64,000 nt of DNA from Azolla caroliniana. Taxonomy: Eukaryota > Plantae > Polypodiophyta. The notes below the pieces were generated by a model that had not been told where the DNA came from, did not search any database, and saw only the letters and a list, made by a program, of their open reading frames with translations. The stretch lies in contig JBHGNT010000016.1 in assembly GCA_043228905.1 (NCBI GenBank), positions 4,154,001-4,218,000 of the forward strand, written 5' to 3'. This document shows, piece after piece, positions 13,345-23,730 of this stretch. Numbering within the stretch: the stretch's first letter is position 1; each line of letters opens with the position of its first letter. The position numbers and the translations under genes are program-made.

Positions 13345-16219
13345 GGATTATTTTAATATTTTATCTTGGAACCTTCAAGGGTTAGGTGCAAGTGGTTGTA
13401 ATAGAGTAAAATGTTACTTGAATCAAGAATTATCTTTACCTTCTATAGGTCGACTTGATATGTTATGCTATGTTTTCAAGAACACCATCTTAATTCATGA
13501 AGGATAGCATCGAATAGAAATTTACTACGTGGTAATTGGACTTATGAATGGGTTCCGACTTTTGGACCCTCTTGTACTCAAGGTGGCCTTTGTATCACAC
13601 TTAGAATGCAATGTCAGTCTCATGTACAAGCTAAAGGAGTCTTGTTTGGTGGTAGAGTTTGGTATATGCTTATTCTTATTTCTGGAAAATTGATTGGTTT
13701 TTTGAATGTATATGCTCCGAATTCTGCTACTCAAAGAATTCGATTGTGGAAAAAGTTATTGCAAGATCTTCCTGTGGCACAACATTGGTGTATGTGTGGT
13801 GATTGGAACATGATCGAAAGTTCAAAGCCCTATTGATAGATTAGGTGGAACTTCTGCTACTATCTCGGGTATGGAATTGTATGAGTGGGAGAAATTAATT
13901 TTCAAATATGAAGTTGTTGATTTGTGGCATATTCCTACTTTCTCTTGCATGCCTGATTCCTTGTTATATTCACGTTCCAATCGAAGAAGTGTCGCTCTCA
14001 ATTTGTCGAGAATAGATAGATTTTATGCAGATTCTTTCTCTTTGGGATCATGGAGGATATGTGGGTATTATATCGAGCACTTCGTTCTCTGATCATGCCC
14101 CGATTATGCTCAAATTCTGTATGGACATCCATACTTCTATTTCTCGATTGTACTTGGTTTATTGTTGACGATATGAATTTGTAGAATACAGTGTTGTCAC
14201 TTTGGAGAATGGCCGTAGGGGATTCTAATTGTCAAAAATTACAGAATGCTCTTCTCGCAATTTCCAACTTCTTTATAGAACAAGTTAAGATAAAACAAAG
14301 TAGTTACACTAGAAATTTGTTGAATGCTAAGAGAGGTTTGGCTTCTCTTCAAATTTTGCAAGAAAAACAACCTCATTCTCAATATATTCATTGTGAATTA
14401 CAGAATGCTATGATGTTTATTTCTTCTTTGCAGCAAAAACTTGCTCAATTCTTTCTTCAAGCATCTGCAGCAAGATGGTGTGCAAAAGGTGACACCATGT
14501 ATAAAAAAAAAATCCAACATGTTATGCCTGTTGAAAAAAAATTCAAATTGTACAATTGAAAATATCTAATGGCACTGTTACAATGGATAGAGATGAAATG
14601 AGGCATATTGTAGCCACCTATTATGAGTCGTTGTTATCAGCAGATACTCCAAGTGTTGAAACTCTACAGATGCGCCAAAAAGTATGGGCTGCTACTGCGG
14701 TTAAGGTAACATTTTGGATATCGCTTCAGCTTCTTCGTCCATTTTCCTCCTTTGAAATATTACAAGCTATTAAAGGTGTTGGGCCAGATGTGTCCCTGGG
14801 AGTAGATGGAATGGGAAGAGATTATTTCATTACATATTGGGATTTGATTGTTGATGATCTACTGGCAGCATTTCAAGAAATGTTCAATACATGTATTATG
14901 CCACAAAAGTGGAAAGAGGGATTAATATGCCTCATTCCGAAAGGTGATGTTGTTACAAATGAGGTGAAGGGTTGGCGGCCCATTACTTTATTGAATACAA
15001 TTTACAAAATTTATGTTAAGTTATTGGCCTTGAGATTACAACCTTTTCTTCCAGAGATTGTGCATGATTCACAGACGGGATTTATGCAAGAACGTAGTAT
15101 TTTTGACAATGTTTTTCTATTTTTGGGAATTAACAGGAATGGCAATGAAGAATAAAGAAGATCTTGTGGTACTTTTATTAGATTTTGAGAAGGCATATGA
15201 CAGAGTTGATTGGGACTTCTTGGAAGGTTCGTTTTTTAGATTAGGTTTTCCTGCTCAATGGATTAGGGTTGTAGCTTCCTTGTATCATGAGGCCTTTAGT
15301 TCAGTCTTGGTCATCAGTGGGCAAACTAGAAAATTTTCTATTTCGCGTTCTGTACGTCAAGGTTGTCCATTGGCCCCATTCCTATTTTTGCTAGTAATGG
15401 AAACATTCTCAATGTATTTCAATTCTTCTCAAGTTTCTCTAAAGGGTTTGCCTTTGCCTGCCATGCAACAACAACTGTTGGATGCAGAATTTGCAAATGA
15501 TACTGCAATTTATATTCAAGGTAATGATGAAAATTTAAGTAAATTGCAAGAAATAGTGGAGGAATTCTGTTTTGCCTTTGGAGCAAAGATAAATTGGCAT
15601 AAACCTCTTAGTTTTTGGGTATCACAAAATTCCTTGCCTACTTGGATGCCTTCACAGGAATTCAAGTCGGTTCCTAATGGAACCACTGCTCGTTACTTAG
15701 GCTGCCAAGTGGGACTTCTTGTTACTGCAGATATGTTAGTTGCTCCTCTACTTGTAAAATTAAGGAGAAAATTGTTGCTTTGGGATTCGGTTAACCTGTC
15801 ACTTGCAGGTCGTGTACTTGTAGTTAACCAAGTTCTTTTAGTTACTATTTGGTATATTGCTTTAGCTACATTGTTTGCTAGATCATGTATTTTACGGGTG
15901 CAATGCCTCATTCATAATTACATTTGGGGAGGAAAAACAGGTCAAGGTAAAAGGCCTAAAGTAGTTTGGGCAGTATTGATTGCTACGCGACAAAATGGTG
16001 GGTTGGGGCTGGTGGATCCAGAAGCACAGTGTAAGGCTTTGCTTTCTAAATTTGTGTGTAGAGCTATGTTGCCAATGCAAGGTGTTTGGAGTCGGTTGAT
16101 GATGCATAGGTTGTCTACTATGTGCTCGACAATAGGAGGAAAGTGGCAACCATCATTAAGATGGGGCTTTATTTAGAATTTTCATTTGTTTAAAACAACC
16201 TTATCAGAAGATAGGTTTT
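13345..16219 (+). pseudogene. L1-type LINE ORF2, 5' part (APE endonuclease + RT), disrupted
   Basis: SWNLQGL, GDWNMIE, SRIDRFY, SDHAPI; WRPITLLN, QTGF, DFEKAYDRV, RQGCPLAP, FAND(D), YLG. Frameshifts and stops present. Confidence 0.92.
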
Positions 16220-17284
16220 TGTAAATGATTACTTGCAGAAGCGTTAGAAAACATAGAAAGCAAAGAATACACAGAGTACACGGGAGAGACAGAGAGAGCA
16301 AAACATAAAAGCTATATTCAAAACAATATAAACACTCTGTATTTACAACTATGGCGAACAGATGCCGATGCCTGTTCGTCTACGCACGAAAGGGGATAGG
16401 ATGGAGGTGTTGCCGGAAGCACACGGGCGTTCCTCGAAGCAGCGCGAGCCTCCCGAAATTCTGCAGAGAAGAGCGATGGAGAATGAACAGAGGAGAAGCG
16501 TTTGGTTACGGTTCGACAGCACTTCATCCTCCTCAATGCGCGATCCCCTTCTCCCCGCGTCTCCCTCTCTTTTATAGCTTCAGGAAGGGAGCCGTCTCCC
16601 CCATTTACTTCCTACCTACCGAATCTAACTACCCCGGATATGCCTATGTACCTAATTCCCTATTATATACATTAAAGGGCGCGCAAGCGTGAAGAGCTGG
16701 TTCACGCGCGCTATGCACCGATTGCGCTAAGGGACGGTTTTCTTCACGACATCCGCCCCCACCTAACCGCGCATCCACCGGTATGCGCCAAAATTGCGCT
16801 CTGGTTGGAGAAAACCGGTCCGGGTTCCGGTTCTTCGTCCATCGGTTCATCCCTCGTTTCGGACTGTTCGTCGTCGTTGTCCAGGCCTCTTAGATCCGGT
16901 TCGCCGTCGTGGTGCTTCTTGAACGCTTTGATCCGCTTCCCTGCTACCGGTATCGCCATCCTCGTACCGTCGAGTTCCGCCAGGTGATACGTCCCGTTGT
17001 CGTTGGCGCTCGTTACCACGTAAGGCCCGAACCACCGCTTTGCAAACTTCCGTGTTGCTCGGTGCTGGTTGTCGAGGCTGTTGTCGTAGACTAGCACCCA
17101 GTCGCCTTCCTCGATTTTCTTTGGCCGGAGCCGGTGCGTTCGGTCGAACCGGGCTTTGTTCTTCATCCTCGCCGTCCGAAGTCTCGCCGCCGCTCGTTCC
17201 ACGTTGTCGTAGTGTAGGTTGCACACTATGTGGAAATTATATTTTTGTCCCTCCGGATAAAGAATGGAGTGCTCGGTGAGAACC

Positions 17285-17412
17285 GGAAGAAAACGGCATA
17301 CCGGCGAGGAGGAAAAACGGCATACCGGCGAGGAGGAAAATGGCATACCGGCAAGGAGGAAAACGGCATACCGGCAAGGAAGAAAACGGCATACCGGCAA
17401 GGAAGAGCCGGA
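17285..17412 (+). repeat. ~23-bp tandem repeat (AAAACGGCATACCGGCRAGGARG) x5 in D LTR U3; also at 23798-23925
   Basis: Directly visible in both LTRs. Confidence 0.9.
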
Positions 17413-18054
17413 TAAAGAGACATAAATGTAAAAGGAAAGGAAATACTCACTACTGCGCAGGGCGTGATTCGAACTCTGCACCTCCACGTTGACAAACCCC
17501 AACCTTACCATTACATTAACTTATCTTAAGTGTTTTAAATATAGATTTAATACGTATAAGACCTTTATTTATGCATACCTTTATTAAAAGGTAAATCGTG
17601 TATTTTTTTAATATATGAAAAAGACGAGACACTAAAAATAACTCATGCACATCTAGCGTGCATGAGCCCTATACTTAGGAAAAAGCATCACATGCACATT
17701 TAGTGGACATGAACACTTTTTGTAAAAAAAAAAAAGCATGTAGCTATGCTTAGTCTCTCCCATCACTATATAAGGATGGGGAGCACATTGTAGTTGTTGT
17801 TGATTATTTGGATTAAGAATTAATCGATACAAAAATTATTCGTGGGATTCACGATTTATACGTCTACTTCTCTCTTAACACCCTAAGTACCAATTAATAT
17901 AGTATACTCGTGTGATTCACGAGTTTCTTATCTTTCTCTTTGCTATTTACTCATAATTAATCTCTATCTCACGAACTTCTTTCTCCTAGTCCAAGACCTC
18001 TGTGGTTCCCACCCGACTCACGCAACGATCCGGAGCCGAAAGGCACGACACAGT

Positions 18055-18072
18055 TGGTGAACCCGACGTGAA
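18055..18072 (+). promoter_or_regulatory. PBS complementary to the tRNA-Trp(CCA) 3' end (TGGTGAACCCGACGTGAA); also 36918-36935, 44389-44406, and minus 30005-30022
   Basis: Reverse complement of the plant tRNA-Trp end TTCACGTCGGGTTCACCA as recalled; lies 4 nt after the LTR. Confidence 0.85.
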
Positions 18073-18088
18073 GACGGGTGGCAAGGAG

Positions 18089-20128
18089 ATGGAGGCTCAA
18101 CAAGCTAACAATATGATGGCGATGTTCAAACGGATGCTTCAAGAACAACGCACGATGTCGGAGATTTCGGCATCAGTAGAGCGGCTCGTGCAACGCAACG
18201 GGCAATTTAATGGTAAGGATGTGTCGCGATATTTGCAGGACTACAAGGCGGAGATGCTCCGGTGCCGGGCTTCGGAAGGACTGCAAGTGACATCCTTTAA
18301 CCGGGTGGCGACCGACGGGCTTCAAGGGAGTATCCACGGGTTGCAACAACAAAATCTGACGTGGGAAGCATTCGAAGAGGCGTTAAAGACCACGTTTGCC
18401 ATCGAGGACTCCTCCAAGGCAACGCGGAGGGGATTCGAGGATTGGGTGGAAACGTCAGGTAAGGGGCTGAAGGTCCTCGAAGTGTTTTCGGCATTCGAAA
18501 GTCGGTTCGGGAGGTTGTCCGCGAGAGATCAAACTATTCTTGCACCGGACAAAGTCATCATGTTTTTGCGAGCTGTGGACGTCCAGGACCGGAAAGATCT
18601 CGGAGTGCTTCTTGAGGACACGACCACCGAAAGCGGCCTCACCGAAACATGGGAAAGCGTGCGGGATATCGTCGCGCGGTACACAAAGAGGGGGCAATGG
18701 CTTGCCAACGAAGAAAAGAGGGTTTCGGAACCGATTCCGAAACCGAGAACGGGATTGGAAGACCATCAACCGAGGGCTCGGGAGATTACGGCCGAGAAGG
18801 GAGTCGACGCGTCTACGGTGGAGCAGCTGCTGAAGGAGATGGAGAATCTAAAGATCGCGATGGTGAAGAAGTCGGATGACCGCCCCACAAGCTCCAAATA
18901 TACGGATCGACGGTGCATATGGTGCGATAGTGCCGAACACGATCGGAGGGATTGCGACGACCATAAGGAGGCGCTACGACGGGATCTCATCTACTACGAG
19001 GGAAACCGGATTCATTCGATGGACTCTCGGAAGCCACTCCGACCGAACTTCCGGAAAGGCGGCATGAAGAAGGTGCTCGAGGAGGAGTTAGCGGCAAGAA
19101 GCAACTATGCGACAACCGCGGGAATATGTGTCGGGGAGTCATCGGGAGCGAAGGCGTCTTTCTGGCCGGAGGTGCTAGGAAACACCGAGAAAACCGACTC
19201 CAACGATATCCGAAACACCGCGGAAGGCGTCCGGGAAGCTACGGGATGGGAATGCCCTGTCGACAAGAATAGCATATACGCCCTGTGTCAATTACATGAG
19301 GTGTATGTGGACGAGAAACGACGGCGCACGGAGGATGCGGCCGGACCATCGAAGATACCGGAAAGCTGGAACTCCGGAGGTAAGGGAAAAGAAAAGGCGA
19401 CTCCGGCATTCAAGCTCGCCTCGGACATAGAACAACAAACCGACTTGAAAAGAGTGTTCGAGGAAAGAATCTTGGATAGCCGGGTAGATTTTTCGCTGCG
19501 GGAACTACTCGGAATAGCGAAGAAGGAGTTTCACGATCTTCTCGTGGATCTCGTGAAAAGGAAGAGACAAAGTACGGAGGAAAATGCTCCAAGGGTGAAT
19601 GCAAATACCGTTTCAATGAACGACACCGAAGTGGAAGGCGAAATTCCGAACTCCCACTATACAAGGCCACACTGGGCACGTGCGACTACGGAGACTCCGG
19701 TCCGAATCGGCAACATCAAAGAACCCGTGCTAGCATTGATTGATCACGGATCGGAGATCAACTTGATGTCCAAGGAGTTCTACCGAAAGGGGAAGTGGCC
19801 TATAAACACCAACCATGGATGGAAGATTCGGGCAGCCACGAAAACGACAGAAGACCTATTTGCGGCTTGTCCGGATGTGACGGTAAAGATCGGGGATGTC
19901 GAAATTGACCAAAATTTTTTTGTGCAGGATGAGGTTTCACATTCTGTCATCCTCGGCCAACCCTTTATCACGGCTTCATGGATGGAGACGAAGGTGCTCG
20001 ATAGTGGTGCGGCTTTTGCGCGAATTCGGAGCCAAAACGGAGGGAAATCCGTCCAATTCCTAACGGTGCCGGCAAATCACGAAAGGAACAAGAGGGAACT
20101 CTTGTCCCAAGTGAGAATGGATTTTTAA
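18089..20128 (+). CDS. gag: Gypsy D Gag-protease
   Basis: Open 679 codons with CIWCDSAEHDRRDC knuckle and ALIDHGSEIN...ILGQPF protease. Confidence 0.9.
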   Translation: MEAQQANNMMAMFKRMLQEQRTMSEISASVERLVQRNGQFNGKDVSRYLQDYKAEMLRCRASEGLQVTSFNRVATDGLQGSIHGLQQQNLTWEAFEEALKTTFAIEDSSKATRRGFEDWVETSGKGLKVLEVFSAFESRFGRLSARDQTILAPDKVIMFLRAVDVQDRKDLGVLLEDTTTESGLTETWESVRDIVARYTKRGQWLANEEKRVSEPIPKPRTGLEDHQPRAREITAEKGVDASTVEQLLKEMENLKIAMVKKSDDRPTSSKYTDRRCIWCDSAEHDRRDCDDHKEALRRDLIYYEGNRIHSMDSRKPLRPNFRKGGMKKVLEEELAARSNYATTAGICVGESSGAKASFWPEVLGNTEKTDSNDIRNTAEGVREATGWECPVDKNSIYALCQLHEVYVDEKRRRTEDAAGPSKIPESWNSGGKGKEKATPAFKLASDIEQQTDLKRVFEERILDSRVDFSLRELLGIAKKEFHDLLVDLVKRKRQSTEENAPRVNANTVSMNDTEVEGEIPNSHYTRPHWARATTETPVRIGNIKEPVLALIDHGSEINLMSKEFYRKGKWPINTNHGWKIRAATKTTEDLFAACPDVTVKIGDVEIDQNFFVQDEVSHSVILGQPFITASWMETKVLDSGAAFARIRSQNGGKSVQFLTVPANHERNKRELLSQVRMDF

Positions 20129-20182
20129 AGCGGACTGTTGCGGAGTGGGGAAGTGATAGTCCGAGAAGGCCTGATACCCCAC
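20119..20182 (+). promoter_or_regulatory. Putative -1 ribosomal frameshift signal (GGAUUUU + H-type pseudoknot)
   Basis: Slippery site at the gag-PR stop, open -1 frame into pol, 11-bp stem 20131-20141/20153-20163, loop GTGGGG complementary to CCCCAC 20177-20182. Confidence 0.75.
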
Positions 20183-23100
20183 ACAGGAAGAAAACTCTCG
20201 GAGCAAAACAAGTACGAATCGGCCCGGATGGGGCATCTACGTACACGGCCGTAACCGGAGGAATGAAGAAACAATACCGACAAGTGGAGGATAAGTTACG
20301 GTCGGCATCAATAATAAAAGAAGACGAAGAAATCGTGGGAGTGATCGAGGAAGTGTTCTATGGGAATACACTACAACGGCTTGAAGAGCTTGCGGAAGAT
20401 AAAAGCCAAGGGAACCGGGTAGTCCCGGTGGAATCGGTCGAGATGTACGAGATCGTTGCGAAAATGGGGCCGGATGCGCTCCGCAAAGAAGAAGCAATGG
20501 TAAGTACGAAATACAAGACCGTGGAGAAGAAGGTGAAACCGGCCGCGGGACCACTACCCGCCGATAGCGAACAAAAGAAGAAAGAAGTCTCGGGAGATCC
20601 GACACTTCGGGAGTCCGTGGATATCGGACATGCCTTCACAGATGAGACCCGGAAGAAACTTCGGATCGGTGGAGGTGGGTTCCTCTTACAAGAAGAAGAA
20701 AAACGGTTTCGAGAGATGTTGGAGCAACACGGCAAAGCATTCGCGTTCACATCGAGGGAGATCGGATGCATTGATCCAAAGATAGTGGAGCCGATGGTGA
20801 TTTTCACGATTGATCATGTACCGTGGAACCTGAAGCCGATTCCGGTGCCACGGGCGCATATTCCGAAAGTCATCGACTTGCTCAAGGAGAAGGTGGCGAT
20901 GGGGATTCTAGAGCCATCAAGTGCTCCGTACTCAAATCGATGGTTTACGGTTCCGAAGAAGAATGGGTCACTCCGATTCATCCAAGACTTGCAACCGGTG
21001 AACAAGGTCACGATCCGGAACTCGGGAGTCGGTCCGATAGTGGACGAATTCGCGGAAGCTTTTGCCGGACGTGCGATATACTCCATCGGGGACCTATACT
21101 CGGGGTATGACCAATTCCAACTAGCCGTGGAGAGCCGAGACATCACTACCATGCGGACACCGATAGGACTAGTTCGAATGTGCACACTACCTCAAGGAGC
21201 GACAAACTCGGTTGCACATATGATGAACGCGATGAACAAGGTGCTTCGAGATTGCATCCCGGAGATAACGATGCCGTTTCTAGATGACATTCCGATGAAA
21301 GGATGCGCGGTGGAAGAAAAAGATGAGACTATGGATGATCGGGGATGCCGAAAGTTCGTGGTCGACCATATTCATGATTGCGAGAAAGTGTTGCGAAAGC
21401 TAGAAGATGTGCACCTAACACTTTCCGGGGAGAAATCGGCATTCGGGCAAGAAGAAATATTGGTGGTCGGACATCTATGTGGACCCTATGGCCGAAGACC
21501 GTCACCAACAAAGATCGATGCGATTCAAGCTATGAAGGAAGTATGTGAGTCAACATCGGAAGTCCGAAGGTTTCTGGGTGCGTGTGCATTCTATCACATA
21601 TGGATTCCGCACTATGCACATATAGCGGACCCGCTCTATCACTTGTTGCGGAAAGGTAAGAAATTCGAGTGGAAACCGGAACACACTAAAGCCATGAGGA
21701 AGCTCAAGAAGACACTATGGAGGGCGGAATCACTTAAGAAGCCAAGCTACGAGCGGCCAATCATAGTAACGGTTGATACAAGTCCAACCGGTATCGGGTG
21801 GGTCATCAATCAAGCCGACTCGGATGGTTCGCGGTATCCGATCCGATTTGGAGCAAAGGTCCTCAACGAAAGGCAACGCGGATATGCACAAGTCAAAAGA
21901 GAATTGTGGGGAGTCGTGTCGGCGATAAAATCGGATCGGGATTATTTGATCGGAGCTGAAGTGGTGATCGAGACGGATTGTCTTCCGATACTCGGGATGA
22001 TGCGGTGTTGTACGATACCGGATGTGGCTATGCTAAGGTGGATTGCATATGTCAAGTCACTTAATCCGGAGGTTCGACACATCTCGGGGAAGGACAACGC
22101 GGTAGCGGACATGTTATCGAGGGCGCGGTTTGAAGACGACATAACCGAATCAGATAATGAAGAAGTTTCCGAAGACTACTTCACGTCAGAACACATATGC
22201 CGAGTGAACGTGATCCGAGAATTCCGGGAAGAAGAATACGAGGGGGAAACCTTGATGATCGGGAAGATGCTACAAGAGGTCGAGGATTCAACCAATGATA
22301 AAGAAAGGAGAGCCGAGATCCGAAGGAAGAAGAGGCAAGTCCAAAAGTTCTTCTTGGAAAACGGTTTAATATGGAGGACGCCGAAAAGACCGGATGGGAT
22401 ACCACTTCGAGTAGTCGGGACGAAAGAGCAACGAAACCGGATAATATCCGAGTTCCACGAATCCGATTGGGCTGGACATCGAGGAACATGGGCAACTTTT
22501 GTGAAAATCAAGCAAAGATATTGGTGGAAGAACATGTATAAAGATGTCGCGGAGTTCACAGAAAGCTGCGAGAAATGTCAAGTCTACTCCGGGGTCCGAC
22601 ACCGAGATGAGCTGCATCCGACATTCTCACCGACAATCAACTTCAAGTGGATGGTCGACATTGTAGCTATGCCGACCGGGATTGGACAAAAGAAATACTT
22701 GGTGTTAGCTCGAGAAGATCTCACAAACCAAGTTGAAGGTCGAGCGCTTCGGAGGAAAACGTGTGCCGCGGTGTGCCGATTTCTTTTGGAAGAAGTGTTT
22801 TGTAGGTACGGCTGCGTAGGACAAGTGATTGCGGACCGGGGAGAACTCGACTCGGACAAAGCTAGGGGATTCTTCGCCAAACATGGAGTTCGGTTAACGT
22901 TGACAACGGCCTACAATCCGGAGGCCAACGGGAAGATCGAACGAGGACATAGTGCGATCGTGAAGGCACTTGCGAAGGCATGCGACGGAAGGGTGAAGGA
23001 TTGGCCACAAATGCTTCCGTATGCACTATGGGCGGATCGGACGACGCATAGCTCCGTGACCGGTTACATGCCGGCAGAACTCATGACCGGACAAGCACCG

Positions 23101-23730
23101 GTAATGCCAACGGAAACCGCAATCGCGACATGGACAATACTACCGTGGAAGGAAGAGATGAGCCGGGAAGAACTACTAGCGGTCCGGATACGACAACTGG
23201 AGGGAAGACCGAAAGATGTAGCGGAAGCGTCACGCCGACAACAAGAAGCACGGTTCCGGAACAAAAGCCGGTTCGACACAAAGCACCGACTACGACCGAG
23301 GAGGATTGAAGAAGGAGATTGGGTGATCGTCTATGATAGTAGCTTGGACCATCAACATACAACGATGCGGAAATTCGCGAAAAGGTGGTTCGGGCCGTAC
23401 GAGGTTCGGAAGGTCTTCGACAACGGGACGTACCGACTGTCCGAGTTGGATGGAACAATACTACGAGTGCCTATAGCCGGGAAGCGGGTGAAGATTTTCA
23501 AGAAGCGGACCAACGACAAACCTTATGTGATCCAAGTCGAGGCCGACAAAGAGGAGCAATCGGACGAAGACCACAATGATGCGGGAAGCGAAGAAAGTGG
23601 ATTACAACTCATAGTCGACATAAGGGGAGAATCGGAGGAAGCTTCGGACGAAGACGGATACGAAGAATCAAGAACTTCGGCACATACCGGAGGATGTGCG
23701 GGTTTGGAGGGGGCGAGTGTCGTAGTGTAG
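20122..23730 (+). CDS. pol: Gypsy D Pol (RT-RNase H-integrase), -1 frame relative to gag
   Basis: GDLYSGY, LPQG, FLDD, VDTS, HHCC zinc finger, DDE core, GPY. No stops; the stop codon lies inside the 3' LTR. Confidence 0.92.
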   Translation, partial: FLKRTVAEWGSDSPRRPDTPHRKKTLGAKQVRIGPDGASTYTAVTGGMKKQYRQVEDKLRSASIIKEDEEIVGVIEEVFYGNTLQRLEELAEDKSQGNRVVPVESVEMYEIVAKMGPDALRKEEAMVSTKYKTVEKKVKPAAGPLPADSEQKKKEVSGDPTLRESVDIGHAFTDETRKKLRIGGGGFLLQEEEKRFREMLEQHGKAFAFTSREIGCIDPKIVEPMVIFTIDHVPWNLKPIPVPRAHIPKVIDLLKEKVAMGILEPSSAPYSNRWFTVPKKNGSLRFIQDLQPVNKVTIRNSGVGPIVDEFAEAFAGRAIYSIGDLYSGYDQFQLAVESRDITTMRTPIGLVRMCTLPQGATNSVAHMMNAMNKVLRDCIPEITMPFLDDIPMKGCAVEEKDETMDDRGCRKFVVDHIHDCEKVLRKLEDVHLTLSGEKSAFGQEEILVVGHLCGPYGRRPSPTKIDAIQAMKEVCESTSEVRRFLGACAFYHIWIPHYAHIADPLYHLLRKGKKFEWKPEHTKAMRKLKKTLWRAESLKKPSYERPIIVTVDTSPTGIGWVINQADSDGSRYPIRFGAKVLNERQRGYAQVKRELWGVVSAIKSDRDYLIGAEVVIETDCLPILGMMRCCTIPDVAMLRWIAYVKSLNPEVRHISGKDNAVADMLSRARFEDDITESDNEEVSEDYFTSEHICRVNVIREFREEEYEGETLMIGKMLQEVEDSTNDKERRAEIRRKKRQVQKFFLENGLIWRTPKRPDGIPLRVVGTKEQRNRIISEFHESDWAGHRGTWATFVKIKQRYWWKNMYKDVAEFTESCEKCQVYSGVRHRDELHPTFSPTINFKWMVDIVAMPTGIGQKKYLVLAREDLTNQVEGRALRRKTCAAVCRFLLEEVFCRYGCVGQVIADRGELDSDKARGFFAKHGVRLTLTTAYNPEANGKIERGHSAIVKALAKACDGRVKDWPQMLPYALWADRTTHSSVTGYMPAELMTGQAPVMPTETAIATWTILPWKEEMSREELLAVRIRQLEGRPKDVAEASRRQQEARFRNKSRFDTKHRLRPRRIEEGDWVIVYDSSLDHQHTTMRKFAKRWFGPYEVRKVFDNGTYRLSELDGTILRVPIAGKRVKIFKKRTNDKPYVIQVEADKEEQSDEDHNDAGSEESGLQLIVDIRGESEEASDEDGYEESRTSAHTGGCAGLEGASVVV

